NCBI GenBank assembly: GCA_043228905.1
Contig: JBHGNT010000008.1
Span: 19,592,001-19,656,000 of the forward strand
Direction: 5' to 3'
From: Azolla caroliniana
Taxonomy: Eukaryota; Plantae; Polypodiophyta
DNA: 64,000 bases
Of this stretch, positions 1 to 11,499 are shown one piece after another. The notes under the pieces were generated by a model. That model was not told the origin of the DNA and ran no database searches. It saw only the letters and a program-made list of their open reading frames with translations. Made by a program: the position numbers and the translations under genes. Position 1 is the stretch's first letter, and each line of letters begins with the position of its first letter.

Positions 1-109
1 CGGCAGGGTCCGAAGGCAGAAGACCGAACTGGTCGGGTCGGAACAGTTGAAGCCGATCATTAAGGAACTGATGTCGGTTGTCGGGAACCATCCTGCTCTG
101 TGTCCGGCT

Positions 110-808
110 CTAACCGGACTGGTTTGTCGTTACGCCCATCTGATGCCGAAGAGACCGAAAACGGTCTGCCAAAAGACACTTGGTCATTCCATCTGCGACA
201 TTGTCGGTTGTGGATATTTTCTCTAGACCGATTTTCCCTGAAATGACGCAGTCCCGAACGAAGTGATATCGAACGTCGATATGTTTGGAGGCGTTGTGGT
301 GAACCGGATTTTTCGACAAGGCAACAGCACCTTGACTGTCGCTGTAGACAACTGGAGCCGAGTCATGGTCGACTTGTCGAAACGTGTGCACCAGCCGACC
401 GAGCCACAAAGCTTCTTTTGCTGCGTCGGACGCAGCTACATATTCTGCTTCGGTCGTTGAGGTCGCTGTGCACTCCTGAAGTTTCGACTTCCACGAGATT
501 GCTCCATTGCCGAATTTGAAGCAGTATCCGGTTGTTGATTTCCGACTGTCTATACAGCCGGCGAAGTCCGAGTCGGTGTAACCGACTACGCCTGAGGTTC
601 GGTTCGGACCGAAAAGAATGCCGTGGTCTTTTGTGCCAGCCAGATATTTGAACACATGCTTGACTGCGTTCCAATGCGATCGGCCAGGATTGTGCATAAA
701 TCTGCTAACGACTCCTACGGCGTGAGAAATATCAGGCCGTGTCGCGACCATCAGGTACATAAGGGAGCCGATTGCCGGTGCATACGGTACCGACTTCATA
801 TCTTCCCC
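110..808 (-). CDS. Element B Pol C-terminus (end of RT + RNase H)
   Basis: RPDISHAVGVVSRFM, GYTDSDFAG, STTEAEY, SKHIDVRYHFVR, NVADGMTK; joins 6186-9503 in frame (TSGPE|GEDMKSVPY) when A is removed. Confidence 0.93.
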   Translation of the reverse strand, partial: GEDMKSVPYAPAIGSLMYLMVATRPDISHAVGVVSRFMHNPGRSHWNAVKHVFKYLAGTKDHGILFGPNRTSGVVGYTDSDFAGCIDSRKSTTGYCFKFGNGAISWKSKLQECTATSTTEAEYVAASDAAKEALWLGRLVHTFRQVDHDSAPVVYSDSQGAVALSKNPVHHNASKHIDVRYHFVRDCVISGKIGLEKISTTDNVADGMTKCLLADRFRSLRHQMGVTTNQSG

Positions 809-813
809 CTCCG

Positions 814-1427
814 TATTGAAATTCCGTGCTCGGCCACAACCGAGGAACAGGATCGATTCACAGAAAACGGGAAATACAACAATGCACGAAAAACAATAGA
901 GAGAAAGGTACACTGGATGTTTTACGTGGAAAACCCTAAATGGGAAAAACCACGGGAGTCCTCAAACTCCAACTATCACTATGAACAGGGATGTACACTG
1001 GTGAAGCTACAAGGCAACAACCTTGAGCTCACTGTCTTCGCCACAGGCGGCGGCAATACACAGAGGCAACGACCTCTTCGTCTCTCTCTCTCTCTCTCTC
1101 TCTCGGCTGCTCTCACTTCGCATGAAAATTAAGCAACAACCACATAAAACTGTTTGCCCTAAGTCATATTTATACATATATGACTTTCGGGATATTTACA
1201 AATATAGCCCTGCATCCGGATCTCTCTCCGGGTACATTCGTCATCCGGCTCCGTAGCCGGGGTCTTCATCATCCGGATCCGTATCCGGGTACTCTTCATC
1301 CGGCTTCATGCCGGGTACTCTTCATCCGGCTTCATGCCGGGTACTCTTCATCCGGCTCCGTAACCGCAACCGGGCTTGCCGTCATTCATCTCCGGACATC
1401 CCATCCGGAGGGACCGTAATCCCAACA
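814..1427 (-). repeat. 3' LTR of A (614 bp)
   Basis: Direct repeat of 5546-6185; adjacent PPT. Confidence 0.95.
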
Positions 1428-1440
1428 AACTCCCCCTTCA
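1428..1440 (-). promoter_or_regulatory. Polypurine tract of A
   Basis: Minus strand TGAAGGGGGAGTT immediately before the LTR TGTTGGG. Confidence 0.9.
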
Positions 1441-4400
1441 CTTCGGCATGGGATGTCTCTCCAATCCGATCCTCTTCCGGCATGCTTCCAGCTTGTCGGG
1501 TGTGAGCACCTTGGTCAGCATATCCGACCCGTTCTCGTCAGTGTGGATCTTCGTCAGCACGAACTCCTCGTCTTCTATCCTCTCCCGGATCCAGTGGTAT
1601 CTCCGCTGGATGTGTTTCGTCCGGGAATGGTAGGCCGCGTTCTTCGCAAGGTGGATGGCACTCTGACTGTCGCAGTAGAGTCGGTACTCCTCCTGTTGGA
1701 TACCGAGCTCTCTAATGAAGTCCTTCATCCATATTATTTCCTTGCCGGCTTCAACAGCTGCCATGTACTCCGCCTCCGTGGTTGACAACGCAACCGTCTT
1801 CTGCAGCCTCGACTGCCACGAAACGGCTCCCCCTGCATAGGTCATCACATACCCTGATGTGGACCGGCTGGTATCTGCATCAGCCGACATATCCGAATCG
1901 GTGAAGCCGTCGAGTTGGGGCTTACCGGAGCCGAATCGAAGGCACACGTTTGCCGTGCCCTTCAGGTATCGGAGTGTCCACTTGACCGCGTTCCAATGCT
2001 CTTTGCCAGGATTGCTCATGTACCGGCTCACCACTCCGACTGCATATCCTATGTCCGGTCTCGTACACACCATGGCGTACATCAAGCTCCCGACGGCTGA
2101 GGCATACGGCACTTTCATCATATCCTCCTTCTCAGCCTTTGTCTTGGGGCTCTGCTTGCTGGACAACTTGCAGTTTGCTGGGAGGGTTGACCCGACCGGT
2201 CTTGCTTCCGACATGTTGAACCGGTGAAGCACCTTCGTCACGTACTTCTCCTGTGACAACCACAACTGCTTCTTCTTCCGGTCCCGGATGATGTGCATCC
2301 CTAGTATTTGCCTCGCCGGACCCAGGTCCTTCATTGAGAAGGTTTGGTGAAGAGCCTTCTTCAGCATCCGTATCTTGACCTGGTCCCGTCCGACGATCAA
2401 CATGTCGTCCACGTACAGGAGGAGTATTAGAAAGTCTCCTCCTTCGAACTTCTTCACAAACACGCAGTGGTCGGACTGCGTTTTGAGGTACCCTTCGTCG
2501 GTCATGAAGGAGTCGAACTTCCGGTACCATTGCCGGGGAGCCTGCTTCAATCCGTAAAGGCTCTTCTTCAACCGGCATACCAGGTGCTCCTTCCCTTTCT
2601 TCTCGAATCCTTCCGGTTGCTGCATGTAGATCTCTTCATCGAGGTCACCGTGAAGGAATGCCGTCTTCACGTCCATCTGTTCTACCTCGAGGTCCATGCT
2701 TGCCGCTATGCTCAGCACCGTCCGGATAGAGGTCATCTTCACTACCGGGGCAAATATCTCGTCGAAGTCGACGCCCTTCTTCTGCTGGAACCCCTTCACC
2801 ACGATCCTGGCTTTGTATCTCTGGGGGTTTCCGGCATCTCCCGGTTTCAGCTTGAACACCCACTTGTTTCGAAGTGCCCGCTTTCCTTTCGGCAACTCCA
2901 CAAGTTCATATGTGTGGTTCTCATGCAGGGAATCCATCTCCTCCTGCATGGCACTTAACCACCTGCGGCTCTGGGTGTCGTGCTTTGCTTCTTCAAAGCT
3001 CTCCGGCTCCCCCTCGTCGGTTAGCAGCACGTGCTCTGGTTCCGGAAATCTCCGGGGGGCCCTTCTCTCTCTTAGAGGATATCTCCGTTCGGGAGCTTCG
3101 GTAACCGGTTCTTCCGATTCTTCTTCTTCATCCGAATCCATTTCGGGATCGGGGCCGGTTCCGGTATCATTTTCATCTTCTTCGGCCGGTTCTGTTTCTT
3201 CACCGTCTTCGGCCGGGTCTTCGAGTGTTAACCGGTCCCTTGCCGGTCGGGACTGCTCCTCGTAGAGTTTATCCTCACCGGTCGACTTGGAGCTCTTCAT
3301 CTTCTTCTCCGACTCCCAGTCGGCGAGCGTCTTGTCCTCCATGAAGATGATATCTCGACTCCTGAATATCTTCTTGTCGACCGGGTCCCATACTCGGTAG
3401 CCGAACTCGTCGTCGCCGTAACCGAGGAATATGCATGGCCGGGTCTTTGGATCTAACTTTCCTCTCCGGTCCTTTGCCACATGCACGTATGTGAGACACC
3501 CGAACACCTTCAGATGCCGGTAGGACACTTCCTTACCGGTCCACACTTTCTGCGGCGTGTCTCCGTCCAAAGGTACTGAGGGTGATCTATTTATCACATA
3601 CGTCGCCGTCGACATTGCCTCAGCCCAAAATCCCTTGGGTAGTTTCGCATGCGCTAGCATACTCCGGACCCTCTCCATTATGGTCCGGTTCATCCTCTCG
3701 GCCAGCCCGTTCAGTTCCGGCGTCTTCGGCACAGTAAACTCGAGCCGGATTCCCTTCGAGCGACAGTACTCCTGGAACTGCCCCCGGTATTCCCCTCCGT
3801 TATCCGCTCGTATCGCTTTCAGCTTCTTGCCGGATTCTCTTTCCACTCTCGCGTGGAGTTCTCTGAAGACGGACAACACTTGGTCCTTTGTCTTCAACGG
3901 TGCCGTCCACAGCTTCCGGCTGTGATCATCAATGAATGTCACGAAGTACTGGGCTCCGCCATGTGACTTCGTTTCTACCTGACACACATCAGTGTGCACC
4001 AGCTCCAAGGGTGCGCTACGTCTCGTCGGTGGCCTTGAGTGGAAGGAGGTCCGGTTTTGCTTACCGGCCAGGCAGTCGGTGCACTTCTCCAGGTGCACAT
4101 GCTTCACTGGAATAAGGTTGTCTTCTGCAAGCCTCTTCATCCCCTTCTCACTCATGTGGCACAGTCTTTTGTGCCACAGCTCACCGGCAGTGTCGGCTGC
4201 CACATTCAGCTCTTCCGGACATAACCAGGCATTCATCAGGTACAGAGTGTTGACCTTCCGGGCCCGAGCCACTATCAGGCTCCCCTTGCTGAACTTCATT
4301 ACGCCGTTCCGGATGCTACCCGTGTAGCCTTCATCATCTAGCCTCCCGGCCGAGATCAGGTTCAATCGGACCTCCGGAACGTGTCGCACATCCTTCAACA

Positions 4401-5514
4401 GCATCTTGCATCCGGTTGATGTCATCAGCCACACGTCTCCTATACCGGCAATTCGGCATGTACCTTCATTTCCCATCCGGACAAAGCCGTGCTCACCGGC
4501 TGTGTAGGATGAGAAGTATTTCTTCTCCGGGGTCAGGTGGAACGACGCTCCGGAATCGACCACCCAGGTCATCTCTACGCCGGCAAGGTTCAGCTCCCTC
4601 TCTTCGGTAATGAGCATTATCTCTTCTTCACTTGCCGCGAGTGCCGTCGTTCCTTTCCGGTCCTGCCCTCGCCGATCCAGACCTCTCCGGTCCGTGGCTC
4701 CCCGGTATGCACCGTTTCTCTCCGGTGACTTCTTCGAATCGGTGTCGTCGGCTCCGTTGTCCTTTCGGTAATGCCGACAATTCTTCCGGAAGTGCCCCGG
4801 CTTCCCACAGTGGAAGCAGATGGGTCTTCCTCTTGACTGCGACCGGGTCCCCGACTTCTCCCGTCTTTGCGGACTCCGGTTCCAGTGTCTTCCCCGTTCC
4901 GATTCGGTAAGCAGCGCCTTCGAGTCGGAGGCCGGTTCTTTATCTCTCCGACGCGCTTCTTCATTTAGAATACTTGTCTTTACCGTTTGTAGGGACAAGT
5001 TGTCTTCCGTGCAGGAGGTGCTGAGAGTCACCACCAAGTTCTCCCAGCTGTCCGGCAATGTACACATCAGGATGATGGCTTGCATTGCATCCTCCAACGG
5101 GAACTTGATCGCCGCAAGCTGGTTCACGAATCCCATGAACGTGCTTACGTGTTCCACCATACTCTCGCCGTCCCGGTACTTGAGGTTCACTATCTTTCTC
5201 ATCAGGGAGGTCCGGTTCAACGCATTCTTCCTCTCATAGAGGCCCGACAGCTTCTTCCACATCTCATAGGCGTTCGTATCGTTCGCCACATGTTGCAGGA
5301 CACTTACATCGACATATTGCCGGATCGTCGCTACTGCTTTCCGGTTCAGGAGCTTCCACTCCGACTCAAGTACTCCCTTCGGTATTTCCGACCTGTCAAT
5401 CGGTTCGTACAGGTCCCGAACAATCAGAAGATCCTCCATCTTGATCTTCCAGTCGGCGTAATTCTGCGCATTCAGCACCATCATTCCCGGCTGCCCGCTG
5501 CTGCCGCCTTCCAT
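1438..5514 (-). CDS. Copia Gag-Pol polyprotein, 1358 aa (Gag, CCHC knuckle, protease, GAG-pre-integrase, integrase, RT, RNase H)
   Basis: CFHCGKPGHFRKNC; WVVDSGASFH; LWHKRLCH; LVHTDV/RADNGGEY/NGLAERMN; LYGLKQAPRQW; LYVDDM; STTEAEY; no stops. Confidence 0.97.
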   Translation of the reverse strand: MEGGSSGQPGMMVLNAQNYADWKIKMEDLLIVRDLYEPIDRSEIPKGVLESEWKLLNRKAVATIRQYVDVSVLQHVANDTNAYEMWKKLSGLYERKNALNRTSLMRKIVNLKYRDGESMVEHVSTFMGFVNQLAAIKFPLEDAMQAIILMCTLPDSWENLVVTLSTSCTEDNLSLQTVKTSILNEEARRRDKEPASDSKALLTESERGRHWNRSPQRREKSGTRSQSRGRPICFHCGKPGHFRKNCRHYRKDNGADDTDSKKSPERNGAYRGATDRRGLDRRGQDRKGTTALAASEEEIMLITEERELNLAGVEMTWVVDSGASFHLTPEKKYFSSYTAGEHGFVRMGNEGTCRIAGIGDVWLMTSTGCKMLLKDVRHVPEVRLNLISAGRLDDEGYTGSIRNGVMKFSKGSLIVARARKVNTLYLMNAWLCPEELNVAADTAGELWHKRLCHMSEKGMKRLAEDNLIPVKHVHLEKCTDCLAGKQNRTSFHSRPPTRRSAPLELVHTDVCQVETKSHGGAQYFVTFIDDHSRKLWTAPLKTKDQVLSVFRELHARVERESGKKLKAIRADNGGEYRGQFQEYCRSKGIRLEFTVPKTPELNGLAERMNRTIMERVRSMLAHAKLPKGFWAEAMSTATYVINRSPSVPLDGDTPQKVWTGKEVSYRHLKVFGCLTYVHVAKDRRGKLDPKTRPCIFLGYGDDEFGYRVWDPVDKKIFRSRDIIFMEDKTLADWESEKKMKSSKSTGEDKLYEEQSRPARDRLTLEDPAEDGEETEPAEEDENDTGTGPDPEMDSDEEEESEEPVTEAPERRYPLRERRAPRRFPEPEHVLLTDEGEPESFEEAKHDTQSRRWLSAMQEEMDSLHENHTYELVELPKGKRALRNKWVFKLKPGDAGNPQRYKARIVVKGFQQKKGVDFDEIFAPVVKMTSIRTVLSIAASMDLEVEQMDVKTAFLHGDLDEEIYMQQPEGFEKKGKEHLVCRLKKSLYGLKQAPRQWYRKFDSFMTDEGYLKTQSDHCVFVKKFEGGDFLILLLYVDDMLIVGRDQVKIRMLKKALHQTFSMKDLGPARQILGMHIIRDRKKKQLWLSQEKYVTKVLHRFNMSEARPVGSTLPANCKLSSKQSPKTKAEKEDMMKVPYASAVGSLMYAMVCTRPDIGYAVGVVSRYMSNPGKEHWNAVKWTLRYLKGTANVCLRFGSGKPQLDGFTDSDMSADADTSRSTSGYVMTYAGGAVSWQSRLQKTVALSTTEAEYMAAVEAGKEIIWMKDFIRELGIQQEEYRLYCDSQSAIHLAKNAAYHSRTKHIQRRYHWIRERIEDEEFVLTKIHTDENGSDMLTKVLTPDKLEACRKRIGLERHPMPK

Positions 5515-5530
5515 TTTCTGTGTTACCGTC

Positions 5531-5542
5531 GCTCTGATACCA
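5531..5542 (-). promoter_or_regulatory. Primer binding site (initiator tRNA-Met) of A
   Basis: Reverse complement TGGTATCAGAGC, 3 nt from the 5' LTR. Confidence 0.93.
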
Positions 5543-5545
5543 CTT

Positions 5546-6185
5546 TATTGAAATTCCGTGCTCGGCCACAACCGAGGAACAGGATCGATTCACAGAAAAC
5601 GGGAAATACAACAATGCACGAAAAACAATAGAGAGAAAGGTACACTGGATGTTTTACGTGGAAAACCCTAAATGGGAAAAACCACGGGAGTCCTCAAACT
5701 CCAACTATCACTATGAACAGGGATGTACACTGGTGAAGCTACAAGGCAACAACCTTGAGCTCACTGTCTTCGCCACAGGCGGCGGCAATACACAGAGGCA
5801 ACGACCTCTTCGTCTCTCTCTCTCTCTCTCTCTCTCGGCTGCTCTCACTTCGCATGAAAATTAAGCAACAACCACATAAAACTGTTTGCCCTAAGTCATA
5901 TTTATACATATATGACTTTCGGGATATTTACAAATATAGCCCTGCATCCGGATCTCTCTCCGGGTACATTCGTCATCCGGCTCCGTAGCCGGGGTCTTCA
6001 TCATCCGGATCCGTATCCGGGTACTCTTCATCCGGCTTCATGCCGGGTACTCTTCATCCGGCTTCATGCCGGGTACTCTTCATCCGGCTTCATGCCGGGT
6101 ACTCTTCATCCGGCTCCGTAACCGCAACCGGGCTTGCCGTCATTCATCTCCGGACATCCCATCCGGAGGGACCGTAATCCCAACA
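5546..6185 (-). repeat. 5' LTR of A (640 bp)
   Basis: Matches 814-1427 except one extra 26-bp unit CTTCATGCCGGGTACTCTTCATCCGG. Confidence 0.95.
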
Positions 6186-9100
6186 CTCCGGACCGGATGT
6201 CGGGCAGTCTCGCTGAGAGAGCCGAAGATTCATGGGGAGCGGGGTTGAAGCAGATTTGGCTGATTGCATGTTGAAGCGTTCCAAGACACGTCCGATATAG
6301 TCGGTCTGAGACAAAAAAAGATGTCGTTTATCGCGATGCCGACTAATTTTCATGCCAAGGATGTGTCGTGCCGGACCGAGGTCCTTCATGGCAAACTTCA
6401 ACCGCAGTTGCCGAACGAGATCGGCAAGTTCGCTCGCGTGGCGTCCAGAAATGAGCATGTCGTCCACGTAAATGATGAGGAAGATGGGTGATCCATCTTG
6501 AGCTGTGTTGGTAAAGAGACAATGGTCCTCATCGCTTTTTGAGAAGCCGATCGATTGGATGAAGTCGTCGAACTTCTTGTACCATTGTCGCGGTGCATGT
6601 TTGAGGCCGTATAGACTCTTCCTGAGTCGGCAGACTAGATGTTCTTGGCCAGTTGCCACGAAGCCTTTTGGCTGCTCCATATAAATTTCCTCGTCAAGAT
6701 CACCATGGAGGAATGCTGTTTTGACATCTAGCTGAATCAGCTCCAAGTTGTCGGCTGCCACTACGCCGAGTAGAAAACGAAGGGTTGTCATTTTCACCAC
6801 TGGTGAAAAAATCTCGTCGAAGTCGACGCCATATTCTTGTCGGAAGCCCTTCGCAACTAATCTGGCCTTGTACTTTGGGGTGGTCGAATCAGACGTCTCT
6901 TTTAGTCGATAAACCCACTTGCAAGGAAGAGCACGTCGGTTCCTAGGTAATTCGACCAGATCCCAAGTCTTGTTTGCCCGAATGGAGTGCATTTCCGACT
7001 CCATCGCCAGATGCCAGGTGGCGGAATCGACAGATGTCGATGCTTCTTCGTAAGACGTCGGTTCGCCGGCGTCGGTGAAGAAAATTCCAGGAGAGTACCT
7101 CTCCGGAGGTTGCGACAGTCTCTCGGATCGTCGAGGTATGATTGGACTGGTCGCATCGGGTATCGAGGTCGGATGGTCCGAAAGCGGATTGTTCTGCTGT
7201 GCCGAGTCGGGGTTGTCCGAGTCGGTAGTGTAAGGTTCAGCTACCCGTGAAGCTGACCGTGTGTTGAGAGCAGGGCCTTCTTGAAGGGTCGGCACATCGG
7301 AAAACGTTACCCTTCGGACTTCGATCGGTTTTTCGACTGATGGATTCATAGCCGACTCGTTGAACACAACGTCCGAACTTCGAACGATTTGCCTGCGTTC
7401 GGGGTCCCAGAGTCGGTATCCCATTTCGCCGTCGGATCCATATCCAAGGAAAATGCATTTCCTGGACCGAGGTGCAAGTTTTCGGCGATCATCTTTCGGA
7501 ATAAGGGCGTACGCCTCGCATCCGAAGATCCTCAGCTTGTCGTAATTCGGCTTACTGCCGATCCATAGTTCCTGAGGAATTTGAAGTCCTAGAGGTCTAC
7601 TTGGCGACATATTGATTATGTGTACTGCCGTGAGTAGAGCCTCTGCCCAGAAGCCATCCGACAGTCCGGAGTGTTGGAGCATGGAAACTATCCGTTCTTG
7701 GATTGTCCGATTCATGCGTTCGGCAATCCCGTTTTGCTCCGGACTGTGTGGTGCCGTAAATTCACGTCGGATGCCGCGTTGTCGGCAGAATTTGACGAAT
7801 TCTTCGGATTTAAACTCTCCCCCATTGTCTGTCCGAAAGCATTTCAGCTTTCGGTCGGTTTGATTTTCTACCATAGCGAGCCAATCGGTGAAGATCGAGA
7901 AGACCCGATCTTTGGTGCGAATTGGATAAGCCCACACCTTTCGAGTCGAATCGTCAATAAAAGTGACGAAGTAAGAGGCACCGCCGAGAGACTGATGCGG
8001 CATTGGGCCACAGACGTCCGAGTGGACCAAATCGAGAGGTCTCGTTTCTCTTGGTGCTGATGTCGGGTGTGATGCGGCTGCTTGTTTGCCATACTGGCAA
8101 TGCTCGCAGAATTGATGGTCCGAGAAGGAGAGTTTGGGGATGTATCCGGCTCTAGATAGGTGCGTGATGCCGGCCTTGCTGAGGTGTCCTAATCTTCGGT
8201 GCCATAGTGATGACACAGGAATATCCACCAAAAACAGGTTACCCTCTCTGAGCGTAACATGTAACGGATACAGGGAGTGTATCTTGGGTCCTCTAGCAAG
8301 CAGGAGGTTCCCCCTGTGGAGTGTCCACCCTCCCGAAGAAAAACCGGCACGAATGCCGTCTTCATCTAGTTGTCCGACTGAGATCAATGGCCTTGAGAGC
8401 TCGGGTACATGTCGGACATTGTGGAGTACAAGTGTAGAGCCACCTGCAAGGTTGAGCTCTACTGTGCCGATTCCGATGATGTCACAGTGCTGTGAGTTGC
8501 CGACTCGAACTGAGTCGGAGTGACGGATCGTATATTGCCGAAATTGGGATCGATGAGGAGTCACGTGAAATGACGCGCCCGAATCTAAGAGCCATGTGCT
8601 CGATTCTTCAGTCGTGAGTAGAACTTCTGATCCGACTGGATTTTCGATTGATAGTATATTCGGGTCGTCCGGTAGTACATCAGCTGAGAAGCTGACGTAA
8701 TTGATCTCCTCATGCCGGCCACTCTTCTTGTTGTTCTTGTTCTTGAGTGCGCGGCAGTCGGCTTTGATGTGTCCGGGTTTCTTGCAATAGTTGCAGATTC
8801 GGTTATCCCATGACTGGCTCCGTCTTCGCTGATTGTTCGGCGGCCGTGAGGAATCTCTTCCTCGTATGTTCGATCGGTCTGTCGAACCTTGTACTACGTA
8901 AGCGTCGTCTGTTGAGTCTTTGGCGAAAGACTTTCTCCGAGCTGCTTCGGTCAGGATTGCGCTCGTGACTTCGGAGTATTTAACAGCCGTGGTTGACGCG
9001 TTGCACACGGTTGTGACGAAAGTTTCCCATGATGAGGGAAGGCTGCTCATGAGTATCATTGCTCTGAGTTCATCCTCGATCGCCATCCCCTGTGACGAGA

Positions 9101-9503
9101 TTTGGGAGCTTATGCTTTCGTACTCATTGAGGTGTGCTTGAACCGAATCGGATTCTTTCATCCGCAAGTTGTAGAGGCGCCGGATCAGAAACATCTTCGT
9201 TGCGGCGACCTTCTTTTCGTAAGTGTCCGACAGTGTTTTCCACAGTTCGAATGCTGTCGTACACGATTGCACCGTAAAGTATACCGATTCCGATAGGTGC
9301 ATCCGAATCGTGGCGCGGACAATTCTGTCCAGCTTCTGCCACTCAATTGGTTTGTATCCTTCTGGAGGTTCTTCATTTTCGATGGGATCGATTTGCCCCT
9401 TGACTATGAGATAGTCCTGCATTTGTTCCTTCCAGAAGTTGAAGTTCGATCCATCGAACTTTCGTAGACTCATTTCTGACGAGCCGGATGTTGATGCCAT
9501 CAA
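6186..9503 (-). CDS. Element B Gag-Pol (Gag, PR, INT, most of RT), interrupted by A
   Basis: KFDGSNFNFWK; CNYCKKPGHIKADC; WLLDSGASFH; LVHSDVCGP; RTDNGGEF; IYVDDM; no stops. Confidence 0.95.
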
Positions 9504-10159
9504 ATTTGGTTTTGGTTGACGAAGCTCGGTTCAGAGTTGACTACGAGCCTTGTTGGAGTGCAGCCGGTTGGCTCACCCGATATCGCTCTAGTCGGATTTG
9601 AACCCGAGTCGGTTCGGCTTCGGAACTTGCTCGAATTGACTCAGGTAGCTTGAGGGACAGAACCGACTGGTCTTCCCGAATGTTGCCGAGTCGGAGTGAG
9701 CCCGGTTCGCTTCGGATATATATGCCGAATACCGATTATTGAAACCGATTATCTGGACCGATTCTGCTTCGGTTGACTGCAGCAACGAGAGAGACGGATC
9801 CGACTGATCCTCCCGAATGTCGATCAGCCAGATGAAGCACGAATTTGGGGTTGTTGTCTTGAGACCGATCTGCACCGAGTGGTTACAACGAGCGGCGAGC
9901 AGCGTTTGATGACCTCTTCGGATGCCGTTTAACCGAATGGAGCACGATCGTGTCAAAGTTGCACAAGGGGATTTCACCTCGAGCGGTTACGATCACAAGG
10001 AACGGAGTACAACCTGCTGGCTTACTCCAAGCAAAGATGATCTAACGCGATGAGATGCAGGCCTCGTTTTTCTTCTTCTTCTCTCTTTTTCGAATGACGC
10101 AGGAAACCGAATGCTGAGACGACGGCCGACAGCGGATTGAAGGACCGACTACTGTGCAG

Positions 10160-10171
10160 GCTCTGATACCA
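10160..10171 (-). promoter_or_regulatory. PBS (tRNA-Met i) of B
   Basis: GCTCTGATACCA on the plus strand. Confidence 0.9.
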
Positions 10172-10173
10172 GA

Positions 10174-10472
10174 TGTTGGAGACAAAGTCGTCTATGCAGA
10201 AGATCGAGAAGCATTCGATTGCTGTTGAATACCTGCGTATGACAGTTTGTAGGTCGTTGCACAAAGAGAGAGAGAGAGAGACAGAGAGGCACAAAAGACT
10301 TTCTTTATTCCACAAAGCAATAATACAACATCCAGAAAAAAAAACCTTTACAAAAAGGTTACAAGGTCACTATATATAGGGACCGACTTAGGGCAACTAC
10401 CCTTTATGCTAATTACATAAATGGCCAAAACGGGATAGTGTGAATACGTCCATTATACACATGTATTCGACA
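10174..10472 (-). repeat. 5' LTR of B (~300 bp)
   Basis: TGTTGG...TCGACA termini, TATATA at ~10371, adjacent to PBS; partner LTR not in window so outer end is inferred. Confidence 0.7.
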
Positions 10473-10652
10473 CTTTGTCCCTCCACTCACCATAGTCACT
10501 CCGAGCAAGTTTAGTACCCACCTGCCATTTGAAACTCAATCGGAAAAAACTCGTGTCCAAATCTGGCTAGAACGAATTCCGATGAGCTAGCTAGCTGCAT
10601 CCTACCACTGTTTGGACCTAATCTTGGACAGAATCTCCCAAGGCCGACATGG

Positions 10653-11021
10653 ATGGCTTCAACATCCAACTCGTCAGAAAGGAGTCTAAGGAAGTTTGAC
10701 AGATCAAACTTCAACTTCTGGAAGGAGCAGATGCAAAACTATGTTAATAGTCAAGGGGCAAATTGACCCCATTGAAACCGAAAATGCCCTAGAAGGATAG
10801 GTCAAGCCGAACAAATGGTAAAAGCTGGACATAATCGTCCGCGCCACAATTCGGATGCACTTGTTAGAGTCAGTGTACTTCATAGTGCAATCGGGTTCGA
10901 CTGCCTTGCAACTATGGAAGACATTGTCGGACACTTATGAGAAGAAGGTCGCCGCTACAAAGATAAATTTGATTCGGCACCTCTACAACATGCGGATGAA
11001 AGAATACGACTCGGTCCAGGC
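10653..11021 (+). pseudogene. Degenerate Gag N-terminus of a B-family copia
   Basis: MASTSNSSERSLRKFDRSNFNFWKEQMQ ... KTLSDTYEKKVAATK, near-identical to B Gag, with stops/frameshift. Confidence 0.85.
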
Positions 11022-11499
11022 TGTTATGTACACATAACATAGGAGGGGGTAGGTCACTAATATTTACATAAGTGAAGGGTATGTTCACTAATGTTAAAGG
11101 GACTAATGTGATTGGATAGAAGGAATGATAGGTGCATGCACTATCATGATTTGGACAACCAATGAATGGAGAGCCTTCTAGAAAGACACATCTATTCAAG
11201 GGGCCTAGGAAAATGTATAAATACGAGGCTTTGCTACCCTCATAAGCACATCACGTCGGAAGGTTGCTGTCTTAGACACCAGTGGTGCGGGCTGGACTTT
11301 CTTCTCAACAATCGTGTTTATCTCTTCCAAGGTATTAGTCATCCTATTATCCGGCGGTATGGGACGTCGGTGGTAGGTTGGCTATGTTTAGATCATAGCT
11401 CGGGGGTGGTTGGGTGGAACGCATCCAATCTATTTTCCTTCTTTTACTTTAGTTTGGTCTATTGATTAGTAATAGACTCTTAACAGTGGTATCAGAGCC
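11022..11499 (+). mobile_element. 5' LTR (11022-11485) plus PBS of an unrelated truncated LTR element
   Basis: TGTTA...TAACA termini, TATAAATA at ~11216, TGGTATCAGAGCC at 11487; truncates the Gag remnant. Confidence 0.75.

Larger units (their letters stand above)
814..6185 (-). mobile_element. Full-length, very young Ty1/copia LTR retrotransposon A
   Basis: Two LTRs, PBS, PPT, uninterrupted 1358-aa ORF, 5-bp TSD CTCCG at 809-813 and 6186-6190. Confidence 0.97.
1..10472 (-). mobile_element. Ty1/copia LTR retrotransposon B (host of A); 3' LTR lies outside the window
   Basis: 5' LTR 10174-10472, PBS 10160-10171, Gag-PR-INT-RT-RNaseH order on the minus strand, interrupted by A at TSD CTCCG. Confidence 0.92.

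Noticed and set aside
809-913. N-terminus of ORF 110-913 and C-terminus of ORF 6144-9503 as real protein ends
   Set aside because: Both run into A's LTRs; the true junction is the TSD. The same applies to the ends of ORFs 26588-27319, 38608-38997 and 14970-15215.
1453-9414. Many ORFs antisense to or overlapping Gag-Pol
   Set aside because: Shadow frames of GC-rich coding sequence with no recognisable motifs.
9504-10159. ORF 9588-9977 in B's ~650-bp leader as an extra gene
   Set aside because: Non-ATG start, no motif, and no intact second copy to show conservation.
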